This document shows, piece by piece, positions 17,372 to 26,164 of a stretch of 42,564 nucleotides of DNA. The notes below the pieces were generated by a model. It was given only the letters and a program-made list of their open reading frames with translations, was not told where the DNA came from and ran no database searches. Each line of letters opens with the position of its first letter. The stretch's first letter is position 1. Source of the DNA: Erysipelotrichales bacterium (lineage in GTDB: Bacteria > Bacillota_I > Bacilli_A > Erysipelotrichales > Erysipelotrichaceae); contig JBBQOY010000001.1 in assembly GCA_038331365.1 (NCBI GenBank), positions 1 through 42,564 on the forward strand. The letters run 5' to 3'. The translations under genes were made by a program, and so were the position numbers.

Positions 17372-19987
17372 TTAGAATCTCAGAATCAGATCATTCAATA
17401 ACTCATTCAGTTGAGCAACTTCTTTTCCACCGGCTTGGGCAAAATCTGGTCGTCCACCCCCATTACCACCTGTTTTAACTGCCAAATTTTTAACCAATTC
17501 TCCCGCTTTGTTGCCTTGAGCGATGGCTTTTTGACCACAATATGCAATAAAATTCACTTTATCATCGCTCACCCCTGCCAAAAGGATCAAGCCTTCATGA
17601 ACAGCAGGTTTTAGATTTTCAACCATGAGTTTTAAGTGTGCAGCCTCTTGATCAATTCTTTGGATTAAGAAATCAAAATCTTTCCCATGAACCACAGAAT
17701 TACTTAAGACTTTTGCCTCCATCGTTGCGAGATGTTGTTTAAGTTGACCAAGTTCTTGTTTCAAAGCACTGTTCTCTTTTAAAGAAAGTTCAATGCGTTC
17801 TTCGATGTGATTAAATGAATTGGCCTTATACAACTTGGCAATGTCTTCGAGTTGACTCTGATAACCAACAAAATCCTGATAGGCACCATTTTGTGTCTTG
17901 GTGGTGATTCGGCGAATGCCAGAACCAATGGATTCTTCAGATACAATCTTAAAGACACCGATTTCACCAGTGTTTTTTACATGGCATCCGCCACACAATT
18001 CTTTAGAGACTTTTCCCATCGTTACAACGCGAACGACCTTATCATATTTTTCAGTAAACAAGGCAGTAGCCCCATCGGCTTTGGCTGCTTCTATATCCAT
18101 CAGATCGAATCGAACTGGATGTTTCTCAAATATATAACGATTGACCATGGCTTCGATGGCTTTTAATTGAGGTTCACTGACTTTCTCAAAATGGGTAAAA
18201 TCAAAGCGCATGTAATCTTCTGCAACATAGGATCCTGCTTGCTGAATATGATTCCCAATAATGGTTTTTAAAGCAGTTTGAACCAAATGCGCAGAGGAAT
18301 GATTTGCGATGATGCGTTGACGTTTGGATAGGTCAATGCTTAAAGTGACACTGTCCCCTTCATTGAGTTCACCAAAGGCAATTTTGAGTTTATGCAGATG
18401 TTGTTTGTGCGGTGCCCTTTGAACATCTGTGACTTGGGCTTCGCCACCTTCAAAACTGAGCAACCCAGTATCTGCAACTTGACCACCCATCTCTGCATAA
18501 AACGGCGTAACATCAACAATGATGTCGCCTTCGTCATCCAAAGATGCCACCTGTATTCCGTCTTTAAAACAAGCCAACACTTTAGAAGTGGTTGTAAAAG
18601 CATCATACCCAACGAATTCTGAGACTTGGGTAAAATTCATCAAATCCATAGATTGTGAGCTCATCGATTCTACGTCTTCACGAGCATTTCTAGCCCGATT
18701 ACGCTGTATTTCCATCTCTGACTTAAATCCATCCAAATCGATCTCAAAACCTTTCTCCTGGGCAATTTCTTGGGTTAATTCAACAGGAAACCCAAAAGTA
18801 TCATAAAGTTTAAACACTGTCTTACCATCTAAATATTTCCCATCCAAAGCATTGAGTTCCTCGATGAGAAGTTGTTCACCCGCATTCAATGTTTTATGAA
18901 AACGAACTTCTTCAGCTTTTACTAAACGACTGATTAAAGTAACTTTTTCATTTAAATAAGGATAATAATCTTTCATCATCTCTGCAACAACTGGAACCAA
19001 ATCGTCCATAAAAGAACCATCGATGCCTAATTTAATCCCAAAACGCACTGCTCGTCTCAATAACCTTCTTAAGACATAACCACGGCCTTCATTTGAAAAT
19101 AAGGCGCCATCAGCCAGCGCAAATGTTACGGTACGAATGTGATCTGCAATGACCCGATAAGCCATCTTCATCTCACCTGAATAAGGCACTTTGGCTTTTT
19201 TCTCAACTGCTTTTATGACTGGTAAGAAAAGATCCGTATCAAAATTGGTTTCGCCATTTTGAACGAGACAAACCAAACGTTCTAAACCCAAACCTGTATC
19301 GATGTTTTTTTGTGGTAATTCTTTGTATAAAGCGCGCTCAACCCCTTCTTTTCCATCAAATTGACTAAAAACAACATTCCAGATCTCAATATAGCGATCA
19401 TTGTCGAGTTCTTTAAAGAAAAGTGATTCCCCGATGCTTTGGGGATCAAATGATGGACCTCGATCATAATAGATCTCGGAATTTGGACCACAAGGTCCTT
19501 CCCCAATTTGCCAGTAATTTTCTTCTGATTTTAGGATATGTTGAGGATCTATACCAATCACATCGACCCAAATACGATAAGCTTCTAGATCACTTGGATG
19601 AACGGTAACATACATCTTATCCTTTTCCATCCCGATATAGTCTGGACTGGTTAAAAATTCCCACGCAAATTCAATCGCTTCTATTTTAAAATAATCTCCG
19701 ATTGAAAAATTACCGAGCATTTCAAAGAAAGTATGGTGACGACTGGTCTTACCAACATTCTCAATGTCATTGGTGCGAATCGATTTTTGAGCATTCGTAA
19801 TCCGATTACTTTGTGGTTTTACAGATCCATCGAAATAGCGTTTAAGTGCCGCAACCCCTGAATTGATCCACAATAGGCTTGCATCATTGACCGGAACCAA
19901 AGAGGCTCCAGGCTCAATCATATGACCTTTTGATTTAAAATAAGTCAAAAATAACGCTCTAACTTCACTTCCTGTACGAAACTTCAT
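17372..19987 (-). CDS. alaS: Alanine--tRNA ligase
   Basis: 871 aa with a class II core (FEMLGNFSIGDYFK), editing-domain HxxxH/CxxxH motifs (NHSSAHL, CGGCHV) and a C-terminal DHHA1-like region. Confidence 0.98.
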   Translation of the reverse strand: MKFRTGSEVRALFLTYFKSKGHMIEPGASLVPVNDASLLWINSGVAALKRYFDGSVKPQSNRITNAQKSIRTNDIENVGKTSRHHTFFEMLGNFSIGDYFKIEAIEFAWEFLTSPDYIGMEKDKMYVTVHPSDLEAYRIWVDVIGIDPQHILKSEENYWQIGEGPCGPNSEIYYDRGPSFDPQSIGESLFFKELDNDRYIEIWNVVFSQFDGKEGVERALYKELPQKNIDTGLGLERLVCLVQNGETNFDTDLFLPVIKAVEKKAKVPYSGEMKMAYRVIADHIRTVTFALADGALFSNEGRGYVLRRLLRRAVRFGIKLGIDGSFMDDLVPVVAEMMKDYYPYLNEKVTLISRLVKAEEVRFHKTLNAGEQLLIEELNALDGKYLDGKTVFKLYDTFGFPVELTQEIAQEKGFEIDLDGFKSEMEIQRNRARNAREDVESMSSQSMDLMNFTQVSEFVGYDAFTTTSKVLACFKDGIQVASLDDEGDIIVDVTPFYAEMGGQVADTGLLSFEGGEAQVTDVQRAPHKQHLHKLKIAFGELNEGDSVTLSIDLSKRQRIIANHSSAHLVQTALKTIIGNHIQQAGSYVAEDYMRFDFTHFEKVSEPQLKAIEAMVNRYIFEKHPVRFDLMDIEAAKADGATALFTEKYDKVVRVVTMGKVSKELCGGCHVKNTGEIGVFKIVSEESIGSGIRRITTKTQNGAYQDFVGYQSQLEDIAKLYKANSFNHIEERIELSLKENSALKQELGQLKQHLATMEAKVLSNSVVHGKDFDFLIQRIDQEAAHLKLMVENLKPAVHEGLILLAGVSDDKVNFIAYCGQKAIAQGNKAGELVKNLAVKTGGNGGGRPDFAQAGGKEVAQLNELLNDLILRF

Positions 19988-20002
19988 AAAAATCTCCTTT
20001 CA

Positions 20003-20213
20003 ATAAAAAAACGCTCCTACAGGAACGTTTAAAACGCGGTACCATCCTGCTTCACTTCCGTGCAGCTCATTCCTTAACGCGGAATACGGGACTTTAGGTC
20101 CTCTCTCAAACGGCTTCGATTGCTTCTGTCAGGAATTTTCATCGAACATTCCCTTTCTAAAGATCAGAATCTATCTACTCATTTTGAGTCAGATTTATGT
20201 TGGTATTATACCA
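20003..20213 (-). promoter_or_regulatory. alaS promoter plus T-box leader (specifier GCC, Ala)
   Basis: All on the minus strand. The extended -10 is TGGTATAAT (20205..20213). The stem I base pairs CUCAAA (20183..20188) with UUUGAG (20105..20110), with a GA motif AUGAGUAG. The specifier loop ends GAA-GCC-G, with the codon at 20112..20114. The T-box sequence is GGAUGGUACCGCG (20035..20047). The terminator is AACGUUCC-UGUA-GGAGCGUU plus U7 (20003..20030). Confidence 0.85.
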
Positions 20214-20224
20214 CAAGTCTAGGG

Positions 20225-21214
20225 TTACTCGTCAATCGTCAAACCAATTTTACGTTCAACCAAACGAAGTTTCTGATCTGCCAAAAGTCTTGCCTTAGCA
20301 GCACCATCAGACAAGACTTGATCGATGATGTGTTGATTTATAATGTCTTGGTATTTGGTTTGTAGATCAATTAATAACTTAACCACTTCATTCGCAACGG
20401 CTTTTTTAAAACTGCCATACCCTTGACCTTCAAATTGAGCGACAAGATCATTGATTGAAACACCCGACAAAGCACTATGAATGGTCAATAGATTTGAAAT
20501 CCCCGCTTGGTTTTTTGGATCATATTGGACTTTTCCGACTAAATCCGTCACGGCACTCATAATTTTCTTTCGCGCAAGTTCTGGTTGATCCAATAGGTAG
20601 ATACAGCCTTTATCCGTAAGATCCGATTTAGACATCTTCTTGCTTGGATCACTCAGAGACATGATTCTAGCCCCAACTTTAGGAATCAAAGGACTGGGAA
20701 TCTTAAAACAGGTTCCATACCGATTGTTGAAACGTATTGCAACATCGCGAGTGAGTTCAACATGTTGTTTTTGATCTTCTCCGACCGGGACAAAATCTGG
20801 ATCATAAATCAAGATATCCGCTGCCATCAACGTTGGATACACATAAAACCCAGAGCTCATCGATTCTTCACCTTTAGCTACTTTGTCTTTATATTGGGTC
20901 ATCCGGTTTAATTCACCCATATAGGTATTACAAGCTAAAATAAAGCCCAATTGAGCATGTGCCATCACATCTGACTGCATGAAAATTGTACTTCTTTTAG
21001 GATCCAAGCCACAAGCGAGATAAAGCGCAATGGTGTCTTTAAGATTCTTACTGAGCTCTTTTGGATCTTGATACACCGTTAAAGTATGTAAATTGGCAAT
21101 GAAAACAATCATTTCATAATCGTTTTGATATTTAACGAATTCGCGTAAAGCACCGATATAATTGCCTAAAGTCAACTGCCCACTGGGTTTAATCCCACTT
21201 AACATTCTTTTCAT
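20225..21214 (-). CDS. trpS: Tryptophan--tRNA ligase
   Basis: Carries GQLTLGNYIGAL (TIGN-type HIGH motif) and KMSKS. The track starts at GTG 21259, which lies inside the T-box terminator. ATG 21214 has SD AGGAGG 7 nt upstream and gives 329 aa starting MKRMLSGIKPSG. Confidence 0.95.
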   Translation of the reverse strand: MKRMLSGIKPSGQLTLGNYIGALREFVKYQNDYEMIVFIANLHTLTVYQDPKELSKNLKDTIALYLACGLDPKRSTIFMQSDVMAHAQLGFILACNTYMGELNRMTQYKDKVAKGEESMSSGFYVYPTLMAADILIYDPDFVPVGEDQKQHVELTRDVAIRFNNRYGTCFKIPSPLIPKVGARIMSLSDPSKKMSKSDLTDKGCIYLLDQPELARKKIMSAVTDLVGKVQYDPKNQAGISNLLTIHSALSGVSINDLVAQFEGQGYGSFKKAVANEVVKLLIDLQTKYQDIINQHIIDQVLSDGAAKARLLADQKLRLVERKIGLTIDE

Positions 21215-21230
21215 CCTTGTTCCTCCTGAA

Positions 21231-21454
21231 CTAAAAAAGCATCCAAAGGACGCTTTCACGTGGTACCACCTAAGTTATCTTTACAGATCACTTCAACATA
21301 ACGGTGTTGGGCCGTAGAAGGACCATGCCCTTCTCGATTCATAAAGTCCACTTCATTGCACTGAGACTGTGTCTTTTTCACCAGGCAAGACATCTCTAAG
21401 TTTCACTCAGGCAACTACTCATCTTTATTCATCATCTTTAAAACGATTGTATCA
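21231..21454 (-). promoter_or_regulatory. trpS promoter plus T-box leader (specifier UGG, Trp)
   Basis: All on the minus strand. The extended -10 is TGATACAAT (21446..21454). Stem I carries the GA motif GAUGAGUAG, an AGAGA bulge and a GGUGAAAA distal loop. The specifier loop reads GAAG-UGG-A, with the codon at 21348..21350, followed by the lower stem CUUUAU/AUAAAG. An F-box-like CCGUUA is present. The T-box sequence is GGUGGUACCACG (21259..21270). The terminator is AAGCGUCC-UUU-GGAUGCUU plus U6 (21231..21256). Confidence 0.9.
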
Positions 21455-21461
21455 CTTTAAG

Positions 21462-21493
21462 ATAAAAAAACAAGACTTGAATTAAATCAAGTC
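21462..21493 (-). terminator. Rho-independent terminator of the permease gene
   Basis: Minus strand has GACTTGA-TTTAAT-TCAAGTC (21474..21493, overlapping the TGA stop) followed by TTGTTTTTTTATC. Confidence 0.7.
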
Positions 21494-22842
21494 CGTTTAG
21501 GTCTAAAAAATAAGCCTGCCAGAATTCCTATGAAACAAATGGAGAGGTAAAGCCCAAATTTCGCCATTGTAAACCCTCCATAAACAACCAGTCCTGCCCC
21601 TGCAATGGCTAGAACTGGAAAAACAAAGCCTTCAAGAAAGTTTTTTGTTTTACCTTTGAAGTAGTCTTTGATGATGCCAATATAAATGAAAATGTAGAAT
21701 ACAAAGATACTGACAATCGGCATATCTGAAATATCGATACCGCCAATCCAACTCATTCCAAAATACATGGCTCCATTCAAACTCATAAAATGAACAATAA
21801 GCCAAAAAGCAGAGACGACAAAAGTTAAGATGGCTGAAGCCAAAGGAATATCTGTTTTCGGATCAACTTTCGCAAAGGTTTTACTGGAAAAAAATTCGTT
21901 GCGTAAAGCCAACGCATACGGCAAACGAATATACCCCAAGGTTAATCCATTAACGGTACCTAAGACCGAAGTAATGATAAAGACCAAAACAATTTTAGCA
22001 CCAACTGCTCCATAAAATTGTGTCGCAAACAAAGCAACCGCATTATCCGCATTCAAAGCGATGACTTCCGGACTCAACACAGCATTAACAGCCAAGAAAT
22101 AAGCAACATAAATCACCAGGATCATTAAAGGTGCTACCGTTAGAGCCAATGGCAGATTACGTTTTGGATTTTTAATCTCATGGGCAATCGATGGGGCAAC
22201 TTGCCAACCATCATAGGCAAACGCAACCGAAACCAAAGCTGCCAAGAGACCTCCTTCGACGGGAATCACTGTACCAGTACTTAATGCTGCCCCAGGATGA
22301 CCAAATATCAAACCGGTCAAAGCTAAAATGATTAAGGCACTTATTTTTGCGATCATCGCAAAACTTTGAAAGCGACCTGCATTTTTTGTTTGAAGTGTGT
22401 TTAAGACAAAGATCGTGATTAAATAGAAAATCGTCAGGAGCCAAGTACTGAGCCCAAAAACACTTTCCATACCAGAAAACCCAAACAATTGCGAGGTATA
22501 CATCCCCGCAACCCAAGCGATTACAGCGACCAAAGCAGGATAATAAAAGAAAGTTTGAAACCAACCCGCTAAATAGCCCAATTCCTTGCCCCAAGTCATT
22601 TCACAATAAGTAATAATCCCGCCAACTTGATCATCACGTTTTGCTAAGGAGGCAATAGTCAAGCCACCAAAAATAATACCAACTCCGCCAATAATGAAAG
22701 CCAATACACCCATCATAACATTGCCACCCACGGCTTTAAGGATATTATCTGTGCGATAAAAGATCCCCGAACCAATAACGATTCCAACAATCATTGAAAT
22801 CGTCGTTAAAAAACCGAATTTCCTTTTTTGTATGTTTCCCAT
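21487..22842 (-). CDS. Amino acid permease (APC superfamily)
   Basis: 451 aa with about 12 TM segments and an N-terminal IVGIVIGSGIFYR motif typical of APC transporters. SD is GAGGAG. Confidence 0.85.
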   Translation of the reverse strand: MGNIQKRKFGFLTTISMIVGIVIGSGIFYRTDNILKAVGGNVMMGVLAFIIGGVGIIFGGLTIASLAKRDDQVGGIITYCEMTWGKELGYLAGWFQTFFYYPALVAVIAWVAGMYTSQLFGFSGMESVFGLSTWLLTIFYLITIFVLNTLQTKNAGRFQSFAMIAKISALIILALTGLIFGHPGAALSTGTVIPVEGGLLAALVSVAFAYDGWQVAPSIAHEIKNPKRNLPLALTVAPLMILVIYVAYFLAVNAVLSPEVIALNADNAVALFATQFYGAVGAKIVLVFIITSVLGTVNGLTLGYIRLPYALALRNEFFSSKTFAKVDPKTDIPLASAILTFVVSAFWLIVHFMSLNGAMYFGMSWIGGIDISDMPIVSIFVFYIFIYIGIIKDYFKGKTKNFLEGFVFPVLAIAGAGLVVYGGFTMAKFGLYLSICFIGILAGLFFRPKRT

Positions 22843-22872
22843 AATGCTCCTCTCAGTACAAACATGTGTCTC

Positions 22873-22901
22873 AGTTTAACGACAACCAGAAATATAGTCA
22901 A
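22873..22901 (-). promoter_or_regulatory. Putative promoter of the permease gene
   Basis: Minus strand reads TTGACT (22896..22901), a 17-nt spacer, then TAAACT (22873..22878). Confidence 0.45.
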
Positions 22902-22910
22902 GTATTATCT

Positions 22911-22938
22911 TTTACATTCGTTATAAATCGGGTATAAT
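22911..22938 (+). promoter_or_regulatory. Putative spx promoter
   Basis: TTTACA (22911..22916), a 16-nt spacer, then TATAAT (22933..22938). It sits back to back with the permease promoter. SD AAAGGAG precedes ATG 22960. Confidence 0.5.
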
Positions 22939-22959
22939 TCTATAAAGGAGAAAACCCTT

Positions 22960-23430
22960 ATGATCGTTGTATATACCTCGCCTGGATGTGCCTCCTGCCG
23001 TAAAGTAAAACTATGGCTAAAAGAACGTGATTTGAAATTTGTTGAAAAGAACATCTTCTCGACCGTTTTAAACGAGAATGAAATAAAACACCTTTTAACC
23101 CGATCTGAAAATGGAACCGATGATATCATTTCTAAACGATCCAAGATCGTTCAGGAACAAAAAATCGATTTCGATGATATGACTCTAAATGAGCTCGTTC
23201 GTTTCATTCAACAGAATCCTTCAATCTTAAAACGCCCAATTATTCTGAATGAGAAATCCTTCTTAGTTGGGTATGACGAAGAGGAGATTGGGGCTTTCGT
23301 ACCAGCAGAACTCCGTCGCATCGCCAGAGCATCTTGTGGACCTGAGTGTGGCAACTATAAAGTTTGCGGTGAACTCAGAGAAGAAGTCGATGATGAAAAA
23401 CTTGCCCAGCCTAGATTAAAATCAGTTTAA
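22960..23430 (+). CDS. spx: Spx/ArsC-family global redox regulator with a C-terminal extension of about 35 aa
   Basis: MIVVYTSPGCASCRKVKLWLKERDLKFVEKNIFS carries the CxxC motif, and ENGTDDIISKRSK and LKRPII align with B. subtilis Spx to about residue 120. It totals 156 aa against about 131 for Spx. Confidence 0.9.
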   Translation: MIVVYTSPGCASCRKVKLWLKERDLKFVEKNIFSTVLNENEIKHLLTRSENGTDDIISKRSKIVQEQKIDFDDMTLNELVRFIQQNPSILKRPIILNEKSFLVGYDEEEIGAFVPAELRRIARASCGPECGNYKVCGELREEVDDEKLAQPRLKSV

Positions 23431-23432
23431 AC

Positions 23433-23472
23433 GTAAAAAAAGATGATGGCGACTAACCCATCATCTTTTTTA
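23433..23472. terminator. Bidirectional intrinsic terminator between convergent spx and the GGDEF gene
   Basis: 11-bp stem AAAGATGATGG (23439..23449) / CCATCATCTTT (23458..23468), with an A-run on the left and a T-run on the right. Confidence 0.8.
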
Positions 23473-24852
23473 TTGTTTTATTTTATTCTTTTTAATTTGA
23501 TAGAGCAAGATATCTGCGGCATTAACCAACTCTTGAATGGTCTGTCCGTCTTTCGGAAATTCAACAATTCCAAAACTAAAGGTGGTCGAAACAGCTTTTC
23601 CTTGAACCAAAAGAGGATCTGCTTTGATTTCATTTTCCATCGTTTTAAACTTCAAGCGCAAATCTTCTTGTGTTGAAGCAAAAAAGATACCGACGAATTC
23701 ATCGCCGCCAAAACGGGCAACAATATCACTTTTACGCGTTATTTTTTGCAGATGTTGGGTAATTTTTAAAATGGCTTGATCACCAACCGTATGACCAAAT
23801 TGATCATTAATGAGTTTAAGGTTATCGATATCGAAAAATGCAAACAAAAATGTTTCCTTATAGCGTAAAGCTTTTGCTTTGATTAATTCAAAATACTCAT
23901 TGAAGTAATGACGATTATACAAATTCGTCAATTGATCAAACATTGCCAGATTAGATTTCTCGATAAATCTTAATTGATTGCTCATTGCGATTTGAACATT
24001 ACTCCGAATGAATTCCATAGCAACAATATCTTGCTCATTAAAAGCATTGGCTTTAATGGAATCAACACAAATCATCCCAAAGAGCTCGTTATTGATATAA
24101 ATTGGAGATGCTAAATGCGATTTGATGTAGACCGTGTCTCCAGCATAAGTCGTGATCGGATAAAACAATTCATCGCTTTGAATGTTAGATACATTAATGA
24201 TCTTATCCAACTTCCCTTCTGTGACACGATAAAGAAATGAATGCGTCACCGGTAGTTTTAAAGTCTCAATGTCTTTTCCAAAGCCAATGTATGAAGTTAC
24301 TTCAAAATTATTCTCTTTTTTAATAAAAATTGAACCCAAAGAGGCATTTTTCATTGCTTTTAAAGCATTACTCAAAATCATATAGTAAGTGCGTGGGATG
24401 TCATCGATGTCTGTTATTGATCGATTGATTTCAAACATCCATTCATGAAGATAGTTAAATCGCTCTGCATCTTCTTGATTGGCATCCTTTTCATTAACCT
24501 CCAAAACAAAAGCAAGAATGGCAGAGGTTCCATTGACAATGACCACTTCACCCATCATTTCTATCCAGTTTTTCTTCAATTCACGATCCAGTAAGACGAT
24601 TTCTCGTTTGGTTGGGCTAAGATCATTTCTAAAATTATAGTAGATATCCGGAAAAGAGATTTCGTATTGATGTTTTTTTAATAGAGTTTTACAAACTTGA
24701 TTACATTTAATGATACCCACTTTATTAAAAAGGACACAAGGAAAAGGAACATTCTCTAAAAGAATATCTATGGTTATATCATCAAGTGTTCTGGGGCTTT
24801 CTTTCAAACTCATTTTGTCCTTTGGGCAGTAAAGATAATTAGTTAATTCCAC
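23470..24852 (-). CDS. Diguanylate cyclase with N-terminal PAS-like and GAF-like sensor regions (GGDEF, I-site present)
   Basis: C-terminal LTNLYNRHYF...DIDNLKLINDQFGHTVGD...RKSDIVARFGGDEF is an intact GGDEF motif, with RxxD five residues upstream. The track start GTG 24852 has no SD. ATG 24813 (MSLKESPR..., preceded by AAAGGA) is an alternative start. Confidence 0.9.
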   Translation of the reverse strand: MELTNYLYCPKDKMSLKESPRTLDDITIDILLENVPFPCVLFNKVGIIKCNQVCKTLLKKHQYEISFPDIYYNFRNDLSPTKREIVLLDRELKKNWIEMMGEVVIVNGTSAILAFVLEVNEKDANQEDAERFNYLHEWMFEINRSITDIDDIPRTYYMILSNALKAMKNASLGSIFIKKENNFEVTSYIGFGKDIETLKLPVTHSFLYRVTEGKLDKIINVSNIQSDELFYPITTYAGDTVYIKSHLASPIYINNELFGMICVDSIKANAFNEQDIVAMEFIRSNVQIAMSNQLRFIEKSNLAMFDQLTNLYNRHYFNEYFELIKAKALRYKETFLFAFFDIDNLKLINDQFGHTVGDQAILKITQHLQKITRKSDIVARFGGDEFVGIFFASTQEDLRLKFKTMENEIKADPLLVQGKAVSTTFSFGIVEFPKDGQTIQELVNAADILLYQIKKNKIKQ

Positions 24853-25009
24853 AACGTTTTTCGTAATATATTATAACTTAAAATGATTAAGTTCAAAACA
24901 ATATTGTTTTTAGATTGGCATTTATATCAATGACAAATCTAAATTGACAGATTGTTTAAGTATAATTTTTGATAAGACAAGGCCGAAATCAGTTAAGCGT
25001 TGATAATTT

Positions 25010-25018
25010 TGGTATAAT
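25010..25018 (+). promoter_or_regulatory. Extended -10 element TGGTATAAT immediately upstream of mnmA
   Basis: TATAAT at 25013..25018 with TG at 25010..25011. Only 6 nt separate it from the GTG start at 25025. Confidence 0.45.
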
Positions 25019-25024
25019 TTCAAG

Positions 25025-26164
25025 GTGAAAATACTTCTTGGATTATCAGGTGGCGTCGATTCCGCTGTCGCTGCCTATTTATTAAAAGCACAGGGTCATC
25101 AGGTTGAATGTGCATTCATGCGTAATTGGGATTCGTTGACCAACAACGATATTTTAGGTAATCCAACTTTAGATGAAGCCATTTGTACACAAGAACAAGA
25201 CTATAATGATGCTTTGGCAGTTGCTCAAAGTTTGGGATTGGTACTACATCGCGTCGATTTTATTAAAGAGTATTGGGATGAAGTGTTTAGTGTCTTTTTA
25301 ACTGAGTATAAGAAAGGTCGAACCCCAAATCCAGATATCTTGTGTAACAAACACATCAAGTTCGATCATTTCCTCGATTATGCGAAGAAGAACGGATTTG
25401 ATCAGGTTGCAACAGGTCATTATGCACGGGTCATTCATCATCAAAACCACTCTGAACTTCTAAAAGGTTTGGATCTGAATAAGGATCAAACGTATTTCTT
25501 AGCTCAGATTTCTCAAGAGGCATTGGCTAAAACACACTTTCCTTTAGGTGAACTTGAAAAGCATGAAGTGCGCACTATTGCTGAAAAGTTGGGGCTAAGT
25601 GTTGCCCAGAAGAAAGATTCAACGGGAATTTGTTTTATTGGAGAGCGTAATTTCAGATCCTTTTTAGCCAATTATCTTCCAGCTAAAAGCGGACCCATCA
25701 TTGATTTAGAAACAAAAAGTATTTTAGGCGAACATCATGGGATACTTTACTATACATTAGGTCAAAGAAAAGGTTTAGACATCAATGCTCATGAAGGTCC
25801 TTGGTTTGTTGCAGGCAAGGATATTGAATCAAACGAATTGTATGTCGTTAAGGGTGAAAACAACCCCTGGTTAAGCTCCCAAGAAGCTTTGGTTAAAGAT
25901 CTCAACTGGTTTAATCCACTCGATCTAACACAACCCGTACTGTGTACAGCTAAATTTAGATATCGTCAAAAAGATCAAAAAGTAAGTATCCAGTTGATTG
26001 AAAAAGATACCTTGATGGTTCATTATCAATCATCGATCACAGCCGTTACACCTGGACAACAAGCCGTTTTCTATCTGGGTGAGGTCTGTTTGGGTGGTGG
26101 GGTTATCGATGAAGTTTATGTTGATCATAAAGGTCTACAAGAAAGAATCAAGGCAAAGCGATGA
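25025..26164 (+). CDS. mnmA: tRNA 2-thiouridine(34) synthase MnmA
   Basis: 379 aa with PP-loop LSGGVDSAVAAY, RTPNPDILCN, and ATGHYAR. A GTG start is the only option in frame, because a stop lies 7 codons upstream. Confidence 0.95.
   Translation: MKILLGLSGGVDSAVAAYLLKAQGHQVECAFMRNWDSLTNNDILGNPTLDEAICTQEQDYNDALAVAQSLGLVLHRVDFIKEYWDEVFSVFLTEYKKGRTPNPDILCNKHIKFDHFLDYAKKNGFDQVATGHYARVIHHQNHSELLKGLDLNKDQTYFLAQISQEALAKTHFPLGELEKHEVRTIAEKLGLSVAQKKDSTGICFIGERNFRSFLANYLPAKSGPIIDLETKSILGEHHGILYYTLGQRKGLDINAHEGPWFVAGKDIESNELYVVKGENNPWLSSQEALVKDLNWFNPLDLTQPVLCTAKFRYRQKDQKVSIQLIEKDTLMVHYQSSITAVTPGQQAVFYLGEVCLGGGVIDEVYVDHKGLQERIKAKR

Noticed and set aside
21215-21259. The 15-codon N-terminal extension of trpS given in the ORF track (start GTG 21259)
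   Set aside because: The extension overlaps the T-box terminator hairpin and U-tract. ATG 21214 has a perfect AGGAGG SD and gives the conserved TrpRS N-terminus.
24944-24966. Consensus TTGACA (24944..24949) and TATAAT (24961..24966) hexamers upstream of mnmA
   Set aside because: The spacer is only 11 nt, which is incompatible with sigma-A promoter geometry. No acceptable -10 lies 16-18 nt after the TTGACA.
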